Made by a program: the position numbers and the translations under genes. 21,375 nucleotides of DNA from Candidatus Woesearchaeota archaeon. GTDB lineage: Archaea > Nanobdellota > Nanobdellia > Nanobdellales > CAZNIQ01. The stretch is from assembly GCA_964573185.1 (NCBI GenBank), contig CAZNIQ010000002.1, forward strand, positions 16,485 to 37,859, written 5' to 3'. Under the pieces are notes generated by a model. The model did no database searches, was not told the origin of the DNA, and saw only the letters and a list, made by a program, of their open reading frames with translations. Shown here piece by piece: positions 1-6,703 of this stretch. Positions within the stretch are counted from its first letter, which is position 1, and every line of letters begins with the position of its first letter.

Positions 1-961
1 TTACAAATACGGGCTTTCCAATTTCTTCTGTTAAAGCTCTTTCCTCGTCTGCACCTAAATCATCTCCATATTTTACATTAAAACCTTTGGATTGCAAAAG
101 CTCTATCGCTTTCTTATATTTTATTTTTTCCCACGGTTCTTCGATGTATTCTTTTAATTTTTTAATATCAACATTTATCAATTCGAAATCTGCTTTTCTT
201 TCTTCTAGAGTTCTCTCCATAGCATATTTTAGAGATTCTTCCGCAACTTTCATGATATCATCAAGATCGTACCAAGCAGCTTCTACTTCAAAATGCCAAT
301 ATTCATGTAAATGTCTTCTGGTCCTAGATTTTTCAGCTCTAAAGGAAGGTGTTAGAGAATATACTTTCTCTAATGAAAATATTAATGCTTCTAAATATAA
401 TTGTGCAGATTGAGAAAGATAAGCTTTTTTACCAAAGTAATTTACTTCAAACAAAGTTGTAGTTTCTTCACAAGCTGTTCCAACTAGAATAGGAGGTGAT
501 ACTTCATACCAACCATCGTTTATGAACCATTCTCTTAAATATTTAATTAAAGAATGTCTTATTTTTTGAACAGCTGTAAACTTCCTATTTCTTATCCAAA
601 GATGTCTTAATTTCATTATTGTATCGACATCTTCTCTACCTAATATTGGGAAAGGCTTTCCAAAATCATAAACATTAATATCCTTTACATGAATTTCATA
701 ACCTGTTGGTGCTCTTGGATCTTTTTTCAAAATTCCTCTTACTTCTAGAGATCCCTCTATTTGCAATTCTTCAGCTTTCCTCCATATCTCTTCGGAAACT
801 TCTTCTTTTTTAACAACACATTGAACAATGTTTGTAGAATCTCTTAAGACAATAAATATTTTGTCTTTAAATTCTCTCTTTCTATAAACCCATCCCTTTA
901 CAGAAACTTCCTTATCTATAAGCTCATCTTTTAGAATGTCTTTAACAAATACAGTTTTCAT
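1..961 (-). CDS. asnS: Asparaginyl-tRNA synthetase, N-terminal ~320 aa (gene continues beyond window start)
   Basis: Absent from the ORF track because it has no stop in the window. The minus-strand ATG at 961 opens a stop-free frame to position 1: MKTVFVKDILKDELIDKEVSVKGWVYRKREFKDKIFIVLRDSTNIVQCVV... It has an OB anticodon-binding N-domain followed by class IIb motifs FEVNYFGKKAYLSQSAQLYLEA, SFRAEKSRTRRHLHEYWHFEVEAAW and GDDLGADEERALTEE. As I recall them, these match archaeal AsnRS (SQSAQLYLE) rather than AspRS. Confidence 0.88.
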   Translation of the reverse strand, partial: MKTVFVKDILKDELIDKEVSVKGWVYRKREFKDKIFIVLRDSTNIVQCVVKKEEVSEEIWRKAEELQIEGSLEVRGILKKDPRAPTGYEIHVKDINVYDFGKPFPILGREDVDTIMKLRHLWIRNRKFTAVQKIRHSLIKYLREWFINDGWYEVSPPILVGTACEETTTLFEVNYFGKKAYLSQSAQLYLEALIFSLEKVYSLTPSFRAEKSRTRRHLHEYWHFEVEAAWYDLDDIMKVAEESLKYAMERTLEERKADFELINVDIKKLKEYIEEPWEKIKYKKAIELLQSKGFNVKYGDDLGADEERALTEEIGKPVFV

Positions 962-985
962 TAAAAAATAAATTTTAAGAAAAAA

Positions 986-1387
986 TTAAGATTTTTGTTT
1001 TAGTAATTCCTTAACAGCGTTAACTATTTCTTCCAATAGGTCTTTTCCTTCTCCAGGATCAATAATTGCTGCTGAAGCTGCTTGTACCTGGATTCCACAA
1101 GCTGCACCTAATTCTTGCTTTGACGGTACAAATACATATGGTACTCCTTTTTCTTCACACAAAGGTGGCAAATGCATTACAATTTCTGGAGGATCCACGT
1201 CTAAAGCTATAGCAACCAATTTAGCTTGTCCCCTTTCTACTGCTTTGGTTGTTTCGTTAGTTCCTTTCTTTATTTTTCCTGTTTGCCTTGCTATTTCAAA
1301 TAGCTTATATACTTTTTCTGCATAGTTTTTTACAAAGTTCTCCAAAACGTCCTCTGGCCAGGGAACGTATGGAGGCTTGGTCATCAT
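986..1387 (-). CDS. rpl7ae: 50S ribosomal protein L7Ae (K-turn binding; also core protein of C/D and H/ACA sRNPs)
   Basis: 133-aa ORF with the hallmark segment [62 protein letters not shown]. Confidence 0.95.
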   Translation of the reverse strand: MMTKPPYVPWPEDVLENFVKNYAEKVYKLFEIARQTGKIKKGTNETTKAVERGQAKLVAIALDVDPPEIVMHLPPLCEEKGVPYVFVPSKQELGAACGIQVQAASAAIIDPGEGKDLLEEIVNAVKELLKQKS

Positions 1388-1406
1388 GATCCCGCATCTT
1401 TTAAGG

Positions 1407-1414
1407 TTATAAAA
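1407..1414. promoter_or_regulatory. Shared TATA-like box (TTATAAAA / TTTTATAA) between divergent L7Ae and ORF 1436..1912
   Basis: This is the only AT box in the 48-nt divergent spacer. Its centre lies about 24 nt from the L7Ae ATG (1387) and about 26 nt from the GTG at 1436, which fits leaderless transcription in both directions. Confidence 0.35.
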
Positions 1415-1435
1415 CTTACCTTTTTAATACTTATT

Positions 1436-1912
1436 GTGTCCCTAGAAGATCTAATAAAAATTAAAGAATTACAATTAGAAGGAAAAAACTTGTATGTACA
1501 AATATACCGTACTTATGGATTTTTATTATTATATGAAGATGGGCGAATAATATATAATAGTTTTAGAGAGGATGCTGCATTTGGATTTAATTTATATATA
1601 TGTTGGGATAAGAGAAAACGTTCCTTGCTGTTTTTAAGAGCCTTACAAATGGAGTTTACTTCTGGAAATTGTAAAATAAATGTTAAAGAAGCGAAACGAA
1701 AACGTGTACCTACAACAGTTATACTCTATTATGATGAAAATAGAGAACGAGCATTTTCAGAAGAAGTGATACTTATTAGACATAATAAAAATATCTATCT
1801 ACTAGGATATACAGACAAAAAACCACAAATGAATATTCCTTATTTCTATGATCGATATACAGGATTGTATGTTTTTCTTTTAACTAAAAAATTATTTTCC
1901 AGGATAGCCTAA
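1436..1912 (+). CDS. Hypothetical protein (158 aa, GTG start), no family recognised
   Basis: It is the only long ORF covering 1388-1891 in a genome with almost no non-coding DNA. Amino acid composition is diverse. Codon use is atypical: 7 of 13 Arg codons are CGN. Its 3' end overlaps L14e convergently by 21 nt. Confidence 0.45.
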   Translation: MSLEDLIKIKELQLEGKNLYVQIYRTYGFLLLYEDGRIIYNSFREDAAFGFNLYICWDKRKRSLLFLRALQMEFTSGNCKINVKEAKRKRVPTTVILYYDENRERAFSEEVILIRHNKNIYLLGYTDKKPQMNIPYFYDRYTGLYVFLLTKKLFSRIA

Positions 1913-2236
1913 TTTTTTAAATTCTTCTTGCCAATTATCTCCGAAATGTTTTCTAAATACGGGCTCTAGATGCCATAAATTATCTCTTCTCACTTTCCAT
2001 AAGGATACAGGAATTCCTGCTTCAACCATCGCTTTAATTACTTCTTCTGTAGAGGCTCCGGGCTTGATATTTAACTTGATTGGTAAGGGTTCTAAGTGTT
2101 TAATATTACATCTTCTTCTCTTCACATCTCCATCTATTATTACAAAATTTTCATCAATTATATCTACAACTACACATTTTCTTCCAGCCTCCCTTCCAGC
2201 AATTTTAACACAAACTCTTCCGACTTCAATTACCAT
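1892..2236 (-). CDS. rpl14e: 50S ribosomal protein L14e
   Basis: [50 protein letters not shown] is the KOW-type N-terminus typical of archaeal L14e. The C-terminal tail is somewhat longer than usual. Confidence 0.9.
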   Translation of the reverse strand: MVIEVGRVCVKIAGREAGRKCVVVDIIDENFVIIDGDVKRRRCNIKHLEPLPIKLNIKPGASTEEVIKAMVEAGIPVSLWKVRRDNLWHLEPVFRKHFGDNWQEEFKKLGYPGK

Positions 2237-2240
2237 GGTC

Positions 2241-2519
2241 TTATTGTTGTCCTATATTTTTTAAAAGTAATTCCGCTTCAGCTCTTGCTCTTTCTTTCAT
2301 TAATTTTCTTAAACACTCGTGACAAAGATACCCACCGTAAGGTCTTGAAACCCTTTTCTGTGTTTTATTTAATCTTCCAAAAGACCACGGGTCCATTTTA
2401 GGTAATCCTTGTAAAGGTCTTTTGCAGATAGCACATCTATGAGGATTTCCTTTTTTCCTTTTGAGTATTATTGTCGTTCTTCCTCCCGGAGTTCTTCTTT
2501 TCACTTCCCTCCAAGCCAT
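2241..2519 (-). CDS. rpl34e: 50S ribosomal protein L34e
   Basis: [33 protein letters not shown]...[15 protein letters not shown] shows the L34e zinc-ribbon-like pattern. Confidence 0.9.
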   Translation of the reverse strand: MAWREVKRRTPGGRTTIILKRKKGNPHRCAICKRPLQGLPKMDPWSFGRLNKTQKRVSRPYGGYLCHECLRKLMKERARAEAELLLKNIGQQ

Positions 2520-2922
2520 GGGAACTTTCTATAAAAATTTTATTTAAAACTTTTCTTAATGGAATTCCGACAATGGATGATAAAACTATATAAGAACCTA
2601 GCCATCCTAGTCCAGGTTTACCCGTTATTGGGTTGTTAAACGGTAGAGGGATTACAATATTATCTCCAATTATCTCTTTTAATAAAAAGAAAGTTATGAT
2701 TATTATCAAAAAGGATAGTAGCATTATTTTCATTTGTTTGTTAGTAATTTCCATCATAAATTTTTCTTCCTTCTCTAAGATTTCTACATTTCCTTTCTTA
2801 AATTCTTCTAATATCTTCTTTAATCTTTCACTATCTTCCGGCTTTATAATCTTCGTTTGTAGGTAAAATAGAAAGACATTAACAAAGATTACTGCTAATA
2901 AAACTATAATTAGGTAAACCAT
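2437..2922 (-). CDS. DUF106 / EMC3-TMCO1-like membrane protein (archaeal YidC/Oxa1-like insertase candidate)
   Basis: Architecture is an N-terminal TM, a charged coiled segment (EDSERLKKILEEFKKGNVEILEKEEKF), a second TM, then PLPFNNPITGKPGLGWLGSYIVLSSIVGIPLRKVL. It occupies the conserved archaeal position between secY and L34e. Its last 83 nt overlap the L34e start in another frame. Confidence 0.7.
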   Translation of the reverse strand: MVYLIIVLLAVIFVNVFLFYLQTKIIKPEDSERLKKILEEFKKGNVEILEKEEKFMMEITNKQMKIMLLSFLIIIITFFLLKEIIGDNIVIPLPFNNPITGKPGLGWLGSYIVLSSIVGIPLRKVLNKIFIESSHGLEGSEKKNSGRKNDNNTQKEKRKSS

Positions 2923-4208
2923 GGTATTTTAATTATTTGCTTTATTTCTTCCCAATTGGGTTTTATAACGTTCTCGTACAAGTCTTCTGCTATTGCTACA
3001 GCCAATAATAAGGATATTCCTGATATTACCGAACCAAATATATCTGCAATCGCATTTAAGAAACCTACAGCTGCACCTCCAATGATGCTTATAGGTATAA
3101 TGTACCTCTCTAATGTTCTTTCAATTAATCTGGGATCTCTAAATGGGAAGGCTTGTGAAAATTGTAAAGCCAGTTTTGCAGGATCCATTCCAGAAGAAAA
3201 TATCCAAAGATAAGAAAATATTGCTGCTCCAATGACGGACCAGAAGAAATAAGTTACACTTCTTATTACTATTTCTAAACTAATCCCCCCATGGGTTAGG
3301 ACGTATGCTAACAAATTCGGTGGAGTAATATATAATAAAATTCCTCCTATAACGTTTCCCCTTTCATCAAATGTTGCAATTATTTTTCCTAATGTTTCTA
3401 GTGGTGTTCTTTGTAAAACCCAAGCCCAGAACCTTAAATTAGCCCAAAAAGCAAATAGCAATATAATAGGGATAACAGAAGTATATAACAATTTTACAGG
3501 AAATCTTATGCTTCTACCCCTAACTCTACCTAAAGGTATAGGTATTTCAGTATATATTTTATGTAAATATGTAGCTAAGATTAAAACTATAAAAGCGACA
3601 ATTATTTCACCTAAAGGAAGCATCGCATTTACAAGATTTCCTTGAGCAAGATTTGTAAAAGCATCTTGAAGAAAAACAACCATTCTGGTAAAGAAGGATT
3701 TTGAAATAGCTGCTAAAATAAATAGATTGACACCCGGAGTAAAACCATATTTTGTAGACAAATCATCTAAAAGAAGAATTATGAAACCTCCTAAAATAAC
3801 TTGCAAATAAACTATTGGGAAGAATTCAATAGATATTGGCCTTAACCATCCAAACAATACATGTATAAGGCCCTCTACAAAAATAAAGATTATTGCTAAG
3901 ATTTTTTGATATTCTTCATATTTTGCTCTTCCTTCGGGAGACATAAAATCAATTTTAATTACCTCTCCTCCAATAAGTAACATTAAAATAATGCTTGCTA
4001 ATACTATCGGACCTACACCTAAAGTTACTAAAGACCCAAAGGTTCCACCCAAGAGCATTGAAATTTGATAAATAAAGCTTGAAGCTTCGGGGGAAATACC
4101 ATAGATGGGGATAGAGGATAAGAAGAGATAAACAATAATTATAATGATGGTCCAAAAAAGCCTTTCCTTAAAAGTTAAAACTCTCTTTGGACTTTCAACA
4201 CCTATCAT
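2910..4208 (-). CDS. secY: Preprotein translocase subunit SecY
   Basis: 432-aa polytopic membrane protein with a SecY/Sec61-alpha-like N-terminus (FKERLFWTIIIIIVYLFLSSIPIYGI) and ten hydrophobic segments. A TATA-like TTTATATT lies about 26 nt upstream (4230-4237). Confidence 0.95.
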   Translation of the reverse strand: MIGVESPKRVLTFKERLFWTIIIIIVYLFLSSIPIYGISPEASSFIYQISMLLGGTFGSLVTLGVGPIVLASIILMLLIGGEVIKIDFMSPEGRAKYEEYQKILAIIFIFVEGLIHVLFGWLRPISIEFFPIVYLQVILGGFIILLLDDLSTKYGFTPGVNLFILAAISKSFFTRMVVFLQDAFTNLAQGNLVNAMLPLGEIIVAFIVLILATYLHKIYTEIPIPLGRVRGRSIRFPVKLLYTSVIPIILLFAFWANLRFWAWVLQRTPLETLGKIIATFDERGNVIGGILLYITPPNLLAYVLTHGGISLEIVIRSVTYFFWSVIGAAIFSYLWIFSSGMDPAKLALQFSQAFPFRDPRLIERTLERYIIPISIIGGAAVGFLNAIADIFGSVISGISLLLAVAIAEDLYENVIKPNWEEIKQIIKIPWFT

Positions 4209-4239
4209 TCTTTACGGCATTAAAAAATAAATATAAAAA

Positions 4240-6213
4240 TTATTCTCTTGGTAAACCGGAAAAAGTTTGTTGAGGAGCACTACCACCAAGTTCTGTTGGA
4301 AGATTACTGAACATATTAGTTCCTAAAGGATGATACTTTGTGACTTCCGTTAAAGTTGCTGGAGTATATAAAGTATAGAAAGGTGGCATAGAATATAAAG
4401 CAGCTACACCGTAAGTAGGATAATACCAGAGGACTTCTGAATAAGGCAAATTCAAAGGATTTGTTGGAGAAACTTCTGAAATCCCTAGTTCTTCCGCTAA
4501 TCTCCATATCTCTTCCATATGGGAAGGTAATGATATACCATACTGGTTTGATTGTGCTCTTTGTTGGTACCATCCACCAGCTTCGGAAATTACCTCTTTC
4601 TTACCTAACTTTTCTAAAGCTTCTTTAATTATATCTTTCAAACCTGCTTGTCCTGGAACTAAATGTACATCGTATAAACCATAAGAATCTGCAATATGTA
4701 CGTGTTTTACCAAATCCTTTATCTTCTCTGTTTCCTCAATTATCTTTTCTTTCGGATAACCTTTCCATAACATATAAGATATATGTGCAACATCCCAAGT
4801 AACACCAATCTTTTCATCTATCAGCCTTTTAATAGCCTCATCAGGGTTTTTTCCATATTTTTCCCTAAATTCCTTATCTTTTTTAATTAATTCTTCTATT
4901 CTCTTTTTAAATTCCCGATCATTTTTTAAATCATTATATAATTTTTGCTTTACTTTTTCTATAAATTCTTTTAATTCTTCAGCTCTTGCAACCAAAGCGC
5001 CACCAGATTCACCATATTGTACAGGAGGGTTTTCTATAACTAAAGTAGGAATATATTTCCATTTATCTATATTCTCTTTTAAGAACTTTTCATAAGTTTT
5101 AGCAATAGTTTCTGAACCACTTTCAATAGCAAATTCAGAACCCAATTTCACAACTTCCGGAGGACCATATAAGGCTGTCATTTTACCAATTTCATTTGCA
5201 ACATTTTCTAAAAGTTTGAACCTATAATAATTTAAAGTTAATAAATTATGGAAGACCCATTGTGCAAGTTCTTTGTATTTTTCAACAGGTTGTCTTATAC
5301 CTTCTTGCGATAACCTTTGAATTTCTCTTTTATATTGCTCATACTTATTTCTTAATTCATTTAGCTGATTCATTATTTTTTCTAATCTTTCTTTTAAATA
5401 CTTCTTTTGTTCAGGGTTACCGTATTTCTCTATTGCATTATATATCCTTTTCATCTGTTCCTCTAATGTAGCAAAGTGGTTGTCAATATAAGAGATAGCA
5501 TTATAGAACAAACCAGATTTGTTCGGATCATATAAAGCTTCTCCAGCAAACTTAGCTATTGTTTGTAAATCGTGTTTTAACCTTTCTAAGCCCAGAGTCA
5601 AAGAAGATAAATTTTCTTTCCATATTCTTTCATTTAATTCCTTTTTCCAATCATATAATGTTTTTACTTCTTCTCCAAAGGGAGTTTTCAGTATTTCAGC
5701 ATTTATCAATCCTTCTACTCTATTATTCAATAGATTAACAACCATGTCTTGCTTTGCTAAATAATATGGTTTTGCTTTATCTCTTAATTTCTCTTTAGCT
5801 TTCTCCTCTATCTTAGGGTCCCATTCTCTTGCACCATAGTGCTCTGGAGCATGAATATTTACCTTTATAGCCTCTCCATACTTTTCACCAACTTCTTTTG
5901 CTCTTTCTAAAGCTAGCTTTAGTACGTGTTCAGAAAACTTCTTCGCTTCCTCAGAAATTCTTCCATGTTTATCAATTCCTTCCCAAGGAACAGAAACGGG
6001 AGCGTGAAAAGAGGGTTTAACATTATTTATTTTCGCTAGATAAGCTATTTCTTCGTAATATTGTTTCGGAATACTCTCTAATACTTGAGGATGTAAGGCT
6101 CCAAATTCTATCGATGTAGCTCCTTCCCAAATCTTCTGATTGAATTCTTGGGGTTGTAAAGAAGTATTCGGGTTGGTAGTTGTTCCTAGTCTGTATTTGT
6201 CTAAAATCTTCAT
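4240..6213 (-). CDS. Xylose-isomerase-like / endonuclease IV-like TIM-barrel protein with ~270-aa helical insertion and Pro/Tyr-rich C-terminal tail
   Basis: Candidate metal ligands occur in the order H-H-E-D-H-H-D-H-E: SFHAP (H70), VNIHAPEH (H121), LVIENPP (E394), TWDVAH (D474, H477), HVHIAD (H506), YDVHLVPGQAG (D515, H517), VISEAGG (E544). Residues ~125-390 (nt ~5044-5841) are a K/E-rich helical insertion between the second His and the Glu. Confidence 0.7.
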   Translation of the reverse strand: MKILDKYRLGTTTNPNTSLQPQEFNQKIWEGATSIEFGALHPQVLESIPKQYYEEIAYLAKINNVKPSFHAPVSVPWEGIDKHGRISEEAKKFSEHVLKLALERAKEVGEKYGEAIKVNIHAPEHYGAREWDPKIEEKAKEKLRDKAKPYYLAKQDMVVNLLNNRVEGLINAEILKTPFGEEVKTLYDWKKELNERIWKENLSSLTLGLERLKHDLQTIAKFAGEALYDPNKSGLFYNAISYIDNHFATLEEQMKRIYNAIEKYGNPEQKKYLKERLEKIMNQLNELRNKYEQYKREIQRLSQEGIRQPVEKYKELAQWVFHNLLTLNYYRFKLLENVANEIGKMTALYGPPEVVKLGSEFAIESGSETIAKTYEKFLKENIDKWKYIPTLVIENPPVQYGESGGALVARAEELKEFIEKVKQKLYNDLKNDREFKKRIEELIKKDKEFREKYGKNPDEAIKRLIDEKIGVTWDVAHISYMLWKGYPKEKIIEETEKIKDLVKHVHIADSYGLYDVHLVPGQAGLKDIIKEALEKLGKKEVISEAGGWYQQRAQSNQYGISLPSHMEEIWRLAEELGISEVSPTNPLNLPYSEVLWYYPTYGVAALYSMPPFYTLYTPATLTEVTKYHPLGTNMFSNLPTELGGSAPQQTFSGLPRE

Positions 6214-6703
6214 TATATTTTATTAGTCGTATTGGTATATTAAGTCTTCTCATCTCATCCAACACTCTTTCAAATAAATCTTTAGGTCTAAACAAACCTT
6301 CTACAAGATTTCTTAAAGTTTCGTAATATTTTTGGATTAATCTTTGAAAGTAAAGATATAGGAATTCAGAGTATTGCTCTACTATTCTTTGTCTATATTC
6401 TATTTCAGACGTAATTTCAACATTTGATACCTTTTTCCTTCCTTCTTCCATTTCTACTTTTCTTTCTAAGTTTCTTTGAATATTCTTGTTTGTCTCTTCT
6501 CTTCTACGAATTCTTGGAATTTCTCTTACAACTATTCCTATTTGTCTCTTTTTAAGAATTTCTTCAATCTTTTTGATAAGATCTTGAATCTTTTTTCTTT
6601 TCTTTTCATCTTTTTCACTTTCAAGATACTTCTTTAAAAGAGAAAGAAGTAATAAAAGAATACCAGTGCTTTGATTTTCATGAATTAATTTTTCTATTTC
6701 CAT
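6023..6703 (-). CDS. Hypothetical K/E/R-rich coiled-coil protein (226 aa)
   Basis: The ORF overlaps the upstream gene by 10 nt, which suggests coupling. Its sequence is dominated by charged heptad-like segments (EKDEKKRKKIQDLIKKIEEILKKRQ). The last 63 codons overlap the next gene out of frame, so the true 3' end is uncertain. Confidence 0.55.
   Translation of the reverse strand: MEIEKLIHENQSTGILLLLLSLLKKYLESEKDEKKRKKIQDLIKKIEEILKKRQIGIVVREIPRIRRREETNKNIQRNLERKVEMEEGRKKVSNVEITSEIEYRQRIVEQYSEFLYLYFQRLIQKYYETLRNLVEGLFRPKDLFERVLDEMRRLNIPIRLIKYNEDFRQIQTRNNYQPEYFFTTPRIQSEDLGRSYIDRIWSLTSSSIREYSETILRRNSLSSENK

Noticed and set aside
1381-1387. AUGAUGA (C-box-like) formed by the two Met codons at the L7Ae start, considered as a K-turn for L7Ae autoregulation
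   Set aside because: I found no partner CUGA or GA element at a suitable distance upstream or downstream to build a K-turn or K-loop.
3955-4155. Same-strand alternative-frame ORFs inside SecY (3955..4155), the TIM-barrel gene (4316..4573) and the DUF95 gene (14023..14208)
   Set aside because: They are short, nested in frames of genes with strong family signatures, and their composition looks like frame-shifted translation. There is no independent start context.
4813-4846. Minus-strand CUGAUGA-13 nt-CUGA-uag-AUGAAAA inside the TIM-barrel gene; also AUGAUGA at 1730-1736 and minus-strand AUGAUGA at ~16019-16025 (within DP2)
   Set aside because: These are partial box matches only. There is no terminal D box, the guide length is wrong, and all are explained by ordinary codons (PDEAIKRLIDEK, YYDEN, VDDEVH).
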